From positions 41,892-105,891 of the forward strand of contig MQRK01245180.1 in assembly GCA_001938485.1 (NCBI GenBank): 64,000 bases of DNA, read 5' to 3'. Source of the DNA: Girardia tigrina. Its lineage: Eukaryota. A program made the translations under genes and the position numbers. The notes beneath the pieces were generated by a model. The model did not search any database, was not told the DNA's origin, and saw only the letters and a list, made by a program, of their open reading frames with translations. This document shows positions 13,801 through 27,622 of this stretch, piece by piece. How positions within the stretch are numbered: position 1 is the first letter of the stretch; every line of letters starts with the position of its first letter.

Positions 13801-15001
13801 ATCATTGTTTTACTTAAACGAAGGTTGTAAAACCTAAAAAAAGTGTTTATAAGGAATAATCATGGTTAATGAAATATTTAAATAATATTTTTGTCTGTTA
13901 AATATAAATTTATCTATAGTTAAATAAATTACGGAAATGAATCAAGACAGTAAAACATCGAAATTAATTAATAAAATAAAAAAATAAGTTATTTGCTATC
14001 GGTTGTCTCGGTGGAATGTTAAAATGTCAAAGCGATTTTTGCGATAAATACCAAATTCTTTTCGCAATATTGTTCAAGGAATTCTTAATTATAATTCTTT
14101 GAAATAATATTTGCAAATGTAATGAATTATTTATAAAATACGTATTATTTTTAATGATAGTAATCAAAAAAATGATTCTCATATGACTAACTTTTCCATC
14201 TTTTATTTTAAATAATAATCATATCAAATGTTTACTAAATGCTATGAACTCCAATAAATTATTATTTAAGCCCACACTAATTTGGGAATCTTCATAAAGC
14301 TAAAGATTGAAAGGGTCTTGCTCGGTGTCCAAGTGGACCTCTTCATCTGTTTGTACGTGGTGTACCGATTAAGTAGTGAGCTTACCATAGAAAACGTAAT
14401 GCGATTTGAATGCAATTAATTTTACAAAACAAGTAAGTCTTAGAGACATCGTTAATAATATTTTTTTGTCGAATTGTTTTTTATAATTTTACAAATCATA
14501 GAAATTTACATATGCATTTAGAAACTATCTAAAGTCAAAAAATTGGAAGAGATATTTGGTGAGCTGAGTTCTATTGCATCAAATATTTTCGAGATCATCA
14601 AAAATCTGTTTTTAATGAAAAATTTTTAGATCTGTCATGTGAATTTGGCGACAAAATATCAGAGCAACTCAATCCAATCGTGTAGAGTTAATGACGAACA
14701 ATCATCAGAGAACTAAAAATGCTCTTGAATGTCAGTAAATATACTCTGCAGTTATAATTTGGTACAACTTGAATGATATAATTGAGTTGTACGAGCAAAG
14801 GTACAAGACCTCAGATTGATTTGCAGTTATGAGAATTCAAATCTCTTTGAATGTATTGGAGGCCGTTTCTTACAAAATATTATACCCATTGATAAAACAA
14901 TTTTTTCTCTTATTATAACCAAATTGAGGCGTGAGTCTCTAGAGCTAAAGGAAACATGAGAAGAGTCTTAAAAGAAGATCCAATCACCAACATACAAGAA
15001 G

Positions 15002-15130
15002 ATGAATTTCCTTTTTGGAAATTCAAATGGAATGATCCAGGCCGACTTAACAGAGACGGGGATTAGGTTCAACAGTGAGTATTATTCTATGCTTGTACAA
15101 CATGTCAGGAAGCTAAAAAGGAAGATCACT
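15002..15130 (+). mobile_element. Small mariner transposase fragment
   Basis: LFGNSNGMIQADLTETGIRFNSEYYSMLVQHVRKLKRK resembles the mariner FWD..G...D....G.TIN.EYY..LL motif. Confidence 0.45.
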
Positions 15131-16419
15131 ATACAAGCATATTTAAAAGATACAACCTTATATGTTTTTTTCCAGCAGCCATCCAAATTGTTTGAAAGGT
15201 CTTCGAAGATCTTAATGTGCTCTGAAAACATGTGATTAAGTAAATGGAAATTACTTTGAAAAGTGATGCGTTTATAACTTATTTGATATGAAAAAGTTTT
15301 AAGTTTTCTATGGAAGGCTCACTGCTAATTGGGTGCATCATGTACACATTGAAGTTTATCATTTGTCTTGTGGTATTCTAAATAAGATTTTAATGCTCAT
15401 TTTAGAGCCAGTGTAATGACCTCGTCCTTTGTGAATCAAGAAAACTTGAGTAATTTATCAGAATATCATCTACCCAATAGTTGGCAAGACAAAAACGTAT
15501 ATTGTTACTGTTACAATTCAGAATTTCGTCAAATAAATTTCCCGAGATGTCTCTGGATCTGTTCCTTAGTTTCGTAAGAGAATTATACTGTAGCAAACCC
15601 TAACTTGTTTCCGAAGTTACTATAAGGTCTGAAAAAGAAACTGCTCTTGATATATGAGAACTATAAATGTATAGCAATGAGTCGCTCTAAATTTCCGTTA
15701 CTTTTTCTATATTTTGGTTTAATAAATATAAATTAAATATTTCAATTGTAAAATATAAAAGTTATATAAATCAAAAAATATGTAAAAAATGCAAACTCAT
15801 TTTCGAAAAAAGTGGGACAAAATGACACAGTTTTATATAAACATTATTTGAATCAAAATTATTTATTTTTGTTAATAATTTTCACACAAATCTCAAGAAA
15901 AAACAAATAATTTTCTTTTTCGTTCTAAAAATAATAATTCTCAGTGAAGAATTTTCCCTGAAAATGGCCAAAATTCGTAAAGTCATGCAATAATCTTTTA
16001 ACAATTTGTATATTTGCTGACCTAAGAATGGGAATAATCTGCGGGGAACGAATGTGAAGAATAATTAAAAACATTTCGACTTCACACTGAAAATTGTTTC
16101 GTTTTCGATACACAATTACCATTTTATTAATAATTATTTTTGAATTATTTTTGGGAAAATATAAAATAATCGCATTTTTGTCATAAATAAGGATAACATG
16201 CTTAGTTTTTATTTTTTCGAGAAAAATAAGATTTAGACAAAATTATGAATAATAATTCCTAAAATAAAGGAAAATTGTAACTGTTTTCATGAGAAAAATA
16301 TAACAGTATATGCAAAGCATATAAACTTATATGAAATTTATCATTATAATAAATAGATATATTAATAAAAAGATAATAAACAAACTTACAAAAGGAATAC
16401 ATTTCAATACAGGTTATCT

Positions 16420-18420
16420 GTTCAAATATACATCGCAAAGTAAAATCTATATACAAGAGTTAAAAAGAAGACGACGCATTTCGAGATAACAACCTCATCA
16501 AGAGGCCAATTCACACCAAGAGTAAAACTAACACATTATACAATAATTAAAAAATATTTTACCAAAAAAATCATTAGATTAAAATAAATTTATTTCATAT
16601 TTCTTAAAAATTAAGCAAATATACATTAAACGCAATTAATTCCATTCTCACAAACTAACCGTTTGAGAAAACGATATGTTTACTCTATTGTTCCATGCCT
16701 TACAATGTTTAAGAGACAACTGACAGCCAACCAAAAGCTAATCTTTGAGAAGAAACCTCTCCTTCTCAATGAGTGATATACTCAATTTTATTTTTCACAT
16801 GAAACCCAATACAATCTTAAATTTCATTGAAATCCTATCGAGTGAAATCTCTGACCAAATGGCGAACTGAGAGAAAAATGTATTCTCCGAATTGTACCAG
16901 ATTTGAGACTGGTGATACTCAATATAATAACACATTCGGTCAGTAAAAAACAATCTCTCACCGACAAAATAGAATTCGTTTTAAATTTCTTTGTTCTTTA
17001 CAAATCTTTCACAAAATTATTGATTATATCGTCAAAATATATACATCACAAAGTAAAATCTATATACAAATCTATATACAAGGGATAAAAAAAGACGACG
17101 TATTTAGAGATGACAATCCAATTTATCCAATCAGTCCACACGATGTATTAAACTAATACGTTATACGGAACTATACAGTCGAATTCCATCAATGAGATTT
17201 CAGATGATATCCCATACCTTATAACGTACGGAACATCGTTTTCTCAAACGGCAAATGAAAGCTGCCATTTTGCGAGAATGGAATTGATCATGTTTAGTGT
17301 ATTTTTGTTTAATTTTTAGATAAATGAAATAAATTCATTTTAATCCAATGATTTATTGGTCAAACGTTGTTTAATTATTGTATAGTCTCATATACTGTGT
17401 CAGTTTAATACATGATTTATATATATGTATGTATGTATATATATATATTCATCTACTATAAACCGCTTAATAGGACCACATTTGTCCCAAGTAAAACTGG
17501 TCCCATTAACCGAATGGTCCCTTAAAGCGAAGTGCTTTTACTTTTAACAATTTGTTTCTTAAAACTTTGAAAATGCTAAATGTAATCACATATTAATCCA
17601 TATTAATCGAAGCCACATGAAAAATAAAAAAAACATGTTTAATTAGAAAACTAAAAAAAATGAATAAAATTTATTTTAAACAATATTAAAAATGGGCCCA
17701 GTACCAACGAAACTCTGCCACTCAGTTGTTTGGAATAAGTCAGTCAACTTTAATTATTTTCTTTTATTGCTGGCTACATGAGACACAGACTGATGCCATT
17801 GCGGTTTTTCCATCCACTGAGCCATCAATCAGTTGGTTTGTAATCGGCTTTTCCCATTCAATCATCCAGATCTTTCGTTTTTGTAAGCAGTAATGGTCCA
17901 GATATCGAAATGTCTCGATATCTGGTCTCCCGAAACCACTGCAAGAGAGCTTCATCCACTTCAGCGTCTTTAGATTCTCGCCGACGCTCTCTCTGAGGTC
18001 CACCAACTGTTCCTTCAATTTCTTGATGTTGTTGTTACAATCGAAGAATTGTTGACTTAGATACATTTAAGGCAGATGCTAATTGACGTTGGTTAAACTT
18101 TGGAAACTCATCCATTTTGCGAATAAGAGAGAGTTTATCTTTCTGTTCGAGGCATTTGGATAAAATAGATCACCTGGTACAGTTCAGCAGCAACAAAAAA
18201 GACACTAGGTTACAAATGATAAAAATTCAGTTTTTTGTGGTGATTTTTCATTATTTACATAGGAAATGATTCGGTCCTACTGAATTTGGTCCTATTAGGC
18301 GGCTGGTCCCATTAACCAGTGGTCCAATTTAAGCGGTTTACCCTGTATATAAGTATATCTCTTGTATAAATATAAGCTTTATAATTGCATGTACTTAAAA
18401 TGATAATTTCATGTATTTCT
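16420..18420 (-). mobile_element. Decayed Penelope-like element with tandem and inverted pseudo-LTR pieces
   Basis: Direct repeat 16420-16540 vs 17030-17170 and inverted repeat 16535-16680 vs 17230-17385. YIG-like remnant near 16880-16930 (-). Hammerhead-like TTGATGAGG..CTC GAAA TGCG TC at 16470-16503 (-). Interrupted by a Tigger. Confidence 0.5.
17456..18345 (-). mobile_element. Internally deleted Tigger/pogo element
   Basis: TA-flanked TIRs (..TAAACCGCTTAA / TTAAGCGGTTTACCCTG) with GGTCCCATTAA subterminal repeats. Minus strand encodes psq/CENP-B HTH (KLSLIRKMDEFPKFNQRQLASALNVSKSTI...VDEALLQWFRETR..DISISGPLL). The DDE domain is missing. Confidence 0.85.
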
Positions 18421-18479
18421 TCTATCGTAGAAGATTATGGAATGATGACACTGATAAATTGGGAAGTTTCTGATATTGA

Positions 18480-19100
18480 TAATTTAAAATTAGAAGAACA
18501 TGATTTACATTACTCATTTTATTGACCTTTTCCATAGTAATTTGATTGAACTGATCCGTTTTGAATGACTTATTAAAAATGACTCAGTCGCTCTCCTCTC
18601 GTTATTTGCGTGATAAGATTGTTTCAATAACTCAATTTCGTAATTTACCTTATTTAGATACATCCCCTTTGTAATGTCTTTGAAAAACGAAAGTCTTCTG
18701 TTGGATTTTATGTATCACACTTATATAAAAATGGCGATCCATTTGGTAAATGTAACGAGAGTTAGGCCTCGTGAATAATTTTGTTCTAGGTTTCTCTCTG
18801 AATTTTGTTTACAAATGTAGATTTAAAGGGTTAAAGCTTCATAAATCTATTATACGTCCAGCCTTGGTGACTTCTCGCCATTTTTGGAAACTTTTCCTTA
18901 GCAGAACCTATCCGATTGAATAAAGGAAATTATATTGTCACGTATTATTTTAGAACTTCGTCTGCATGGGAATAGGTCCAGAGATCTTTGCTAGATCCCT
19001 CTCGCTATTACATCCTTCAAAAGTCATAAAGTTATATTTATTCTGAGTCAAGTGTTTATAACACTAAAAATTTCCCCCATGTCCTCGCAAATAGTTAATC
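18480..19100 (-). mobile_element. Decayed LINE reverse-transcriptase fragment
   Basis: Remnants resembling VRQG (~19080), YADD (HADE, ~18960) and downstream motifs on the minus strand. Confidence 0.4.
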
Positions 19101-19643
19101 GATTCTCGTGAACTTTGACTTCATAATAACTACTTTACCTGGTTTAATATATATACTGTGAAACTAATGTTAATCCCGTCTACCTAGGACGACAATCCAT
19201 CGGCCTTAATTGCAAATATAAATTGTTTAGACTGCATTCTAATGAACGTATGATAATATATATTCATTATTTTATCAATATTTATGTAAATAAAAAGTTA
19301 TACAAGTTCAGAGTGAAGATAAAATTGAAATTACAAATATAAGCAGCAAAATATTTCTTTTGTAACATTTCAAATTTATAAAAAAGCCACAAAATATTTT
19401 GACCGAGTGAATACTTGAAATAATCTTGTAATTTATAGTTTAATATACACAAAACGCCCATGGGGCCGCGACATTCCCACTGATAATCGCTCTTCTGTCC
19501 CAATACCAATTTGGCCTAAAAGATATTTCTGAACCAATAAATGCTACTATAAACAAATTATATCTAATATTTAATAAATGTAGACATAGTTTCTGGCTCT
19601 ATTGAATTACTGTAATTATATTAATAAAATATATTTATTGTAG

Positions 19644-21760
19644 AATATACCGCAAAAGAATATCGAAATAGATGAAGATGACAAAGCTGATTACAGTTTC
19701 ATGACTTTACCAGTCAGTGAGCGAAAAAAACTTTTCGCAACACCAAACGAAAATGCGGCTAGAACAAGTTAGGAAATTCTATTTATTTAATAATGAAACA
19801 TAAAAATGAATAACTTTTAGTGCCAAGACAAAGATCATTTAGTTTTAGACCTACTCAAAAATTTCAAACAAAAACTCAATCAGCAATTTATCAAAAGGCA
19901 CCTCATGACTTTGGGTGGGGACCAAGTACTGAAAAGATTGAAAGAGCAAGAAACGTAAGGCCCAACCAATCAACCGTTCCGCTACGCTATCAAGAAGCCT
20001 TAGCTGCATCTGTTAGTTAATAAAGTTAAAATTTTATGTTTAATAACTTATTACAACAGCCTCGAATAATGAAAACTAATGCAGAAAAAGTGTCTAGCAG
20101 CTTCTTTTCCGGTCATCAAACCGCGCCTCGAACTACTCAACCGAATCGTCGTTACAGCAGCAGTGCAACTATACCTGGGCAAACTCGAACCAATTTCTCT
20201 TCGTCCACCTTAAATTGCTCAAATGATACATTTCAAAATCAGTACCCGGGACATAAAGTAAAATCACAGAAATACGTTTATCATTGTGGACGAAATAATG
20301 ATGCTAATACTGTTGAACCTTCGATCATTGTTATTCCAAGCCATAGACAACCACAAAATCTTTATGTAAATACCTACGGAACAGGGTATTATCTTGTAAA
20401 TCTGTTTAAGAAAACATATATAATTAAAAGATTCACAATATATTTTTAATAAATTTTCTATTTCAGAAATCAAATGTTGTCACCTGCACAATCGCCAAGA
20501 TATTTCAGGCCGGCCTATCCTGCGTATAATGCAGAAAACTCGGGTATGGACAGTATGTCAATAATATCTGTGCGCAGCGAACCGTATTCAAAGAGACTCG
20601 ACAAAAGTATCGGATATGACAAAGCCGGGGTTGGTTAATTTTCTGAAAAATTTTATAATAAACAATATGCAGAATAGTTAAAAACATAATTCAAAGAAAA
20701 ACAGAAGAACATTCCTAGAATCTTTCGTAAGAACCAAAATTTAAACAAAAAAATATAAGTTTTTTAGACAACAGATGTCTTTACACAACTTCACAAAATT
20801 TTTTTGAGGAAAACTATAGAGATGGTATGATAAAGGGCTAAGTTCATAGAGTTTGGATTTGGTATTTTAATTTTGAAATCTCAGACCATAGGTGATATAT
20901 TTTTAAAGAACGTTTGAGGGAAAAAATGTACACAAAAATTGATAGATCACAACATTAAGGTTATATTGAACAAATTATGAACAAAAAACGAGGAAAGAAA
21001 GGACTAAAGAAAGAAAACATTGAAAAGCACAAATGAATAATCAAAGTATCATATTCTGAAGGATTTAAAGCATTCAAGAACAGTATCTACTAATATACAT
21101 ATATATATATATATATATACAGCTGTGGACAAAAGTCTGTTGACTTTCACATTTTCTACACATTAAGTGCACAAAAAAAAGTTGCCTCCAAACACCACCA
21201 TGAGAAGTGAAAATTATTTAAATGTGTTGAAAGAAAGGCTACAACCCATGATGAATATTCGAGGAACAAAAATATTCATGCATGNNNNNNNNNNNNNNNN
21301 NNNNNNNNNNNNNNNNNNNNNNNNNNNNNCAAGTCAAGGTATCGAAATCCTCTCACCATGGCCAGGAAATAGTCCAGAATTGAATCCTTTGGAAAATTTG
21401 TGGCATATTATGAAGGCCAAGGTTGCTGCCCACCGCCCAACAAGTTTTTAGAATTTGAAGGAAGTCATTGAAGGCGTCTGGTGTACTGAAATTACTCCAG
21501 AATTGTGTCAAAAATTGGTCCACAGTATGCCAAAAAGAATCAATGATGTGCTGAATAATAAGGGTCAANNNNNNNNNNNNNNNNNNNNNNNNNNNNNNNN
21601 NNNNNNNNNNNNNNNNNNNNNNNNNNNNNNNNNNNNNNNNNNNNNNNNNNNNNNNNNNNNNNNNNNNNNNNNNNNNNNNNNNNNNNNNNNNNNNNNNNNN
21701 NNNNNNNNNNNNNNNNNNNNNNNNNNNNNNNNNNNNNNNNNNNNNNNNNNNNNNNNNNNN

Positions 21761-21803
<43 letters not shown>

Positions 21804-24326
21804 TGTCAATGTGGTTTCAATGACAGTCAACGTTCAAAGCTTCCTCTTGAATAAATCGTAAACGATTTGTGGATCGCAAACTAATCTGGTTTATACATTT
21901 GATTTTCACGAGTGTAAAAACTTGTACATTGGCGAGTGAGACTCCTTACTTCAATCAGAAAGACTCAATAAGACAAGAATAACTGTGCCGAAGCTGATCA
22001 ACGAGAGAGAGAAACGTCACTAATGTCCAGTTGAAAAATGCTAAAATGTGTTCGTCGAAAAGATGGAGCTAAACAGACACATCAAAAGTGACCATGCGGT
22101 GTCCACTTCCGCTAATCTTGATCAGATCAACGAGACACAACAACAGCAATTACCATTCCCATGTACACTATGCAAAAAGTCGTACAAATGAAAGGGGTGG
22201 CTGATCAGGTACCTCTACCGGGATCATAAAATTGGAGGAGACAGAAGAAATTAAAGAACTGACAATGATACTTGCGCAAACCAGTTCAACTAATAACCTA
22301 GAAGAAAGACTCGTAGAAAACCTCAACATTCCTGGCAACGGCGGTGGAGGAAGAGATAGGTATTGAAGAAACACATCTGACTTTTAGGATTGCAGATTCA
22401 GATGTCCTTTTTGTGACTTTAGGAAGCCCACGAATACAGCCAAAGTTATCCTGAACCATGGATATACAACCCATGGGTGGTCGTTTCTTACAGGGAAGCC
22501 TAAAAGATCTCGAAGAGCGAAATTATCCGACGGCGTAGGAAACTCTTTAGTTTGGGTGGACCCTATAAAGAGCCTTTAGGCACAATACAAAGAGATGGGA
22601 GGCCCACATTGAGAGAGAAATCGTCATCTCAAAACTCGGATTAGTGAGCATCCACAATCAAATCGATCGATTAATGCTCTTGATCATTAGTTACATTGTA
22701 AAAATGGAATCTCTTCTGTTTCAAAGGATGAGTTTTCTGTTTTACAGAGTGGCTTTGATTCACAATTTGAGTGGCAGTTTTGTGAAATATTATTAATAAG
22801 ATATTACAACCCATTAATAAACATTCAAAATGGACAAAGTAAAACCGTCTAAATTCTTAAAATCTTTAATTAAAATAAAAAAACATTTTTTTTGCCAATT
22901 ATATTCAATAAAATCCTAAATACTTCAATATTTACTGATTAAATTTCCAATTAATTAACATTTGATAATCTTAGAAATTATATTATAATTGTTGATGATG
23001 GCAAACGAAATTCCAAAGCATGTTCAATATTCAATTTCTTAACCAGTTTTTAACAAAATTATTTTCCGAAAATATCAAATTAGCGTTCACAAGACTTAGT
23101 TATACAATGTTAAAAAATAAAAACTTTTGAAAAAGTTCAGAACGAAAAGATTATTTAAAAAATAAAGTCATGTAGAATATAGGAGGTTAGAGTTAAGGTT
23201 AAGCATTTGGTACGAGATTCTTTGATCTATCAGATAAGTTTGTTGTTCGGAAGAAGTTGTAATGGCGGGAAACAATTTTGAGAGTGTAGGGATATCAAGA
23301 AAAGCTTAGATTGAATTCTCGAGGACCTGAGGAATTAATGAAGGGAGACTCACTTAATAACAATTTTTACAGAATTTTAGTTAAGGTGAAAAACTTCTTT
23401 TTCCATAAAAAGGGTCTTTCGAATGATAATCAATTTATATTTTTATAAAAATATATTTTTAGAACATTGTACAGTATAATATTTAAACCCACAATTTTTA
23501 ATAATTTTTTTTAATAATTTGTTAATGGATATTTTTTCAAAAAGAATAAATTTACTAAAACATTTCTTTATTTTTAATATTACTCGAAAAAATGTATTTA
23601 TAATTTATTTAAAATATAAATAAAATTTCAAAAATTTCAAAAACAACTCTTTTTCCTTTTGAGCCATCAATTAAAATATATAATCCCACGACCCTAACTA
23701 AGTAACCTTGTAACATAATTACCGGGTTAATAAGATTCTTCACTGGAATATACATATAAATTCACCGCTTCCTTTTATCTTTTTTTTACCGTCCTCATAA
23801 TATTACAGCTTAACATATCACAATAATTGCAAAAATTTATGGAGAATTTTAAATTAAAAATTTTCTGCTGACTTCCTTTTTGAATTTCAAAAAATAAATT
23901 ATCTATCACTACGTTTATAATATAATATTATATTTATATTTTACGTCATTATAGAATTATCGGATTATTCGCGACGCATCATCTGCTCAAAGAGATTTGC
24001 CGAATCAAATGAGTACACTTCAAATAGGAGAACCGCGTACACGAATCATTGCAAACCCTGCTTCACCAAGCTTTCATTTAAATAGAACATTTTGGGGGCC
24101 GGATTCTCAAACCAGCAGAAACTATGAGGAGCCAGTTCAGTACTTTGCTATGCAATCTAGTCCTATCATGATGGATTCAAGGCCCCACCACAGGAGTGTA
24201 ACAGTTCCAAAGTCTCAATCTTCTATTATTATGAATCCAACTCGTCAAACCAACGATTCGGTTTACAACCAAGTATCATGGCTGAAACAGCATAGAGACA
24301 GTATGACTGGAGTGTCTGACTTTTAG
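19644..24326 (+). CDS. Spliced host gene, last five exons; uncharacterised S/P/Q/R-rich, probably disordered protein ending ...MTGVSDF*
   Basis: Exons 19644-19767, 19821-20011, 20060-20385, 20467-20629 and 23955-24326 are joined by GT-AG introns of 53, 48, 81 and 3325 nt with consistent phases. The spliced frame is open for ~390 codons (NIPQKNIEID...LPVSERKKLF...GVSDF). 5' exons were not identified. Confidence 0.85.
21120..21760 (+). mobile_element. Internally deleted Tc1 element in intron 4 (partly N gap)
   Basis: TA-CAGCTGTGGACAAAAGT terminus, and WPGNSPELNPLENLW plus CQKLVHSMPKRINDVLNNKG transposase C-terminus. Flanked by (TA)n on both sides. Confidence 0.85.
21830..23090 (+). mobile_element. 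5'-truncated Penelope-like element (GIY-YIG plus pLTR) interrupted by a LINE 3' end
   Basis: NLVYTFDFHECKNLYIGE ends at 21936 and resumes at ~22620 as RHLKTRISEH...CEILLIRYYNPLINIQ. Decayed hammerhead at 22988-23028. Confidence 0.8.
21937..22605 (+). mobile_element. 3' end of a LINE with C2H2-like zinc fingers
   Basis: FRCPFCDFRKPTNTAKVILNHGYTTHGW. Homologous to 40705-41317, which is linked upstream to LINE RT motifs. Flanked by ACATTGGCGAG / ACATTG-AGAG. Confidence 0.7.
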
Positions 24327-25039
24327 AGATTTTTACTTCGATACTTTCAATTCTTAATCACTAAATGACCGAAGGTGCATGAGTTTTCAAGGATTTTACT
24401 TTTCCTAAAATCAGAAAGTGCGACATGTGCTATGAGCAAGAATTTAGCAAAATTATTGCCTACTCTTTGTAGCTTGATGTTTTTTTATTTTATATGGCGT
24501 TAGATCTAAATTTAATTTATTTCTCTTGTGGGAATATGTTTTAGATACGGATTATTTACCATTTGATACCTGCTCCTTAACGTTTATTTTATTGAAATAT
24601 ATTTTAGCATGAACATTTCTTTTTGTGTTTTCGGACATTAAATTAAAATTTCTAAAGATTTTCTTCTAAATTTATCTATTGAATATACGTGACAAAGTCC
24701 AGGAATCAACCCTTCTTTATTCTTAAGCGAGTGTACGATTCATGTATACAATACCATTACATTTAGGTCTTGTAAAATGATTTCTAACAACTCACTTCTT
24801 CAGTTATTCTAATTAACAATTAGTAAGGAAAGTTTTAGTTTTGATCAATGATTGACATACAATCATAAACTTACCGAAAAATAATATAATTTTAAAGGTA
24901 GTTTAACTCTTGTAAAGAATATAATTATTCAAACAAAACTACAAACGAATAGTCTGTATTGAATTACAAACATTTGTGACATTATTCAAAAATTAAATTA
25001 TTATTATAACATATAATTAATATAGCAGTAAGTAAATTT

Positions 25040-25870
25040 AATGCTATAGCCGTTTTGTTGCCTGAAGATATGCCTTGTCAATGTCGTAACAGCCGCAATA
25101 CATTTTGCTATATATGTGGTGAATTTACACTCGCGTCTTAGAAGCATTTTATAAATGCTCATATGAGGAAATAATATCATCTGCATTTCGGTTACAAAAT
25201 TGGTGACTAAGACAAGGAATATGCGCCTCAAATTTGCTGCACAACATGCGCTGTCAGTCTAAGAACCTTGTGCAGAGGCATTCATTCATTCTGTTGGCTG
25301 TTTCGATGATCTGTCATGAACAACAGGACCATGGGACGGACTGGTATTTTGTTTGATAAATGTATCTGGTTTCTCTACCAAAAACAAGAAAGTTTCCACA
25401 GGGAGATAGTCTTGAAATTCCAAAGCAACCCTATGATGGGACCTTTAACAAACCAGACGAAGAAACTTCAGTGCAGGATACTGAAAGCGACTTTGACCCA
25501 GATTTCAAACCTTGCTCATCAGGGAATCTCCATCTGATAAGACAGGTAAAATTGAACAATTTGATTAGAGATTTGGATCTGTGAAAAGTAAAGATTGAGT
25601 TACTCAAATAGGTAGTATCTACTGTCACTAGCTACTAAAATTGATATCACCAAATGTTTTGCACAAGTCGACAGTCTCTGTTTCTGTATTAACATCAAAG
25701 AATTGTTCTCGGCCTTAGGTTGAGATTACAATCCAGAAGAGTTGTGTCTCCTCCTTAATTGGTTGATTCTAAGCCTGAAAGTAGTTCTGCTACGCAATGG
25801 CCAAGTTTATCCGTCAGTACCTGTTATCTACGCAGAACACAGGAAGGAAACGTATAAGAATATGGAAAAA
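25040..25870 (+). mobile_element. Decayed DNA transposase, probably Chapaev3-like (CMC)
   Basis: Remnants read FCYICGE...GD*DKEYAPQICCTTC...EQQDHGTDWYF...LNNLIRDLDL...SLKVVLLRNG..YPSVP. Family name is from recall. Confidence 0.6.
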
Positions 25871-27137
25871 TATATAATGCTTAATGTAATGTGACAACTT
25901 TAATTAATCAATAAATTATTTTTCATTCAATTGTTGTTGAATTAAAAATAATGATTTTTTTATCGATTGTTTAAATCGATAGATTTTGTTATTAATAAAT
26001 TTTTAAATAATCTTTTCTTTTATCAATTTAAATTATTCAGTATTTAAATAATGCTAGAAGATTATACTTAACAACAAAACTTTTATTTTAAAGGCTATTA
26101 AATATTTAAATTAAATGACCAAAAACAATCAAAATATTCATTCCATCAATCAACTATCAATGTAAGAAAGTTATCCCTTCAGAAGTAACGTAAAATATAG
26201 TATGTACAATGGATATCATTCGAAAATATTCCTCCCAGTTGGTAAAGATAACAGAACAACAACTTACACAATATATTAAAACAAATAATAGAAGGAAAAA
26301 GAAGGTTAGCAGTTATATAGTATAAGCAATAATAATAAAATTATAGTGAATAAACTCATTTATATGTAGTTGTGATTTCTGATGAAGAAGCTTTGGATGT
26401 TTTCATCTGAAATAAATCAGAATGAATCTAATCTTATTTTTCTCTTTTTCTACGAAATATTGTAAGTTATGTCCACTTGTGTTGCCCGAAAATTATTTCA
26501 ATCAGTTTCTTAAAAATGTCATCAAATATATAATAAATAAATATATATCCATTGAGTAAATATTTGAGCATAAACTCTTATCAAACTAATTAATGATAGC
26601 GAAATACGACTCAGATTATGATAAAGAATTCAGTAGCAAAGGACTCATGTTTGTGTTTCTGTGGCGTTTATCTGGGAGAATTTTATTTAAACAAACAAAA
26701 AATAATATCTCATCTCAAAAATAATGAAAATCAGAGAAAAAATATTTTAATTATTTTCATTTATTTAATTATAGTGTAATATAAAAACTCTACACGTGAG
26801 AACAAAATCCTATCTACCAACATAAACTGACCCTTTCACAGCTGGCCTCCCAAAGTTTTGAAAATTAATACTTCCGTTAGTTATTTTCAGAAAAATATTA
26901 GTATTTTTGAAAACAATACTGCAAACAAGTGTTAATTATATTTTAAAATAATAAACAATTATTTTTCTTCATATAAAAAATAATGTAAAATAAAATATAC
27001 AATATTTACCTTCCTTTATTTATTATTATTGTTCAGCACAATATCCTATAGACTGACCGGTGGTATTAGAGTCTTAGAGCAGATTTGAAGAATGAGCGTT
27101 TCATGATCGTGCTGGGTCCATTTACATTTATAGTGCA

Positions 27138-27622
27138 TATTAAGAACATTGAGACAATTCTCATTTGAATTTTTATTACAATCACATTTAGAGTCATTAC
27201 AACTCTGAGAAGATCTTTCATTTTTTGACATCACTTTAAATGGTTTCGTAACGAAACTTTCGTTATTTCTGTCTTTAATCATGATTATTCGAACAATTTT
27301 TCTAAATGTTTTTAAAATACATGATTTTAAAAATATTAATTAAAAATAATAATTTAAATCATTTCTAAATAAAAACACAAAATTATAAAAAATGTTATCA
27401 AATTAAAAAAATGACTTTAATTTAAATCTTATTAAATTCATTTAAATTTAATTCAATGCTTTTCTTTTCTTAATAAAATATTTAAATTAATTTAAATTGT
27501 TAATTTAAAAAATACTAATTTCCATCTGGGTGGGATAATCACTATTCTAATTTCAGCATACTCAAATCAACATACAACATCAATACATTCACACATTCAA
27601 ACAATTTAAAATATTCCACACA
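27138..27622 (-). mobile_element. Solo LTR (485 bp, subfamily A)
   Basis: Paralogue of 7506-7990. Flanks GTGCA / ATGCA (4/5 match) fit a 5-bp TSD. Confidence 0.8.

Noticed and set aside
21540-21830. ORFs with X runs and YIYIYI
   Set aside because: Artefacts of the N gap and (TA)n.
22684-22692. Alternative nuclear genetic code suggested by recurrent in-frame TAG/TAA
   Set aside because: The intact host gene has ~390 codons without internal stops and ends in TAG; stops occur only in decayed sequences.
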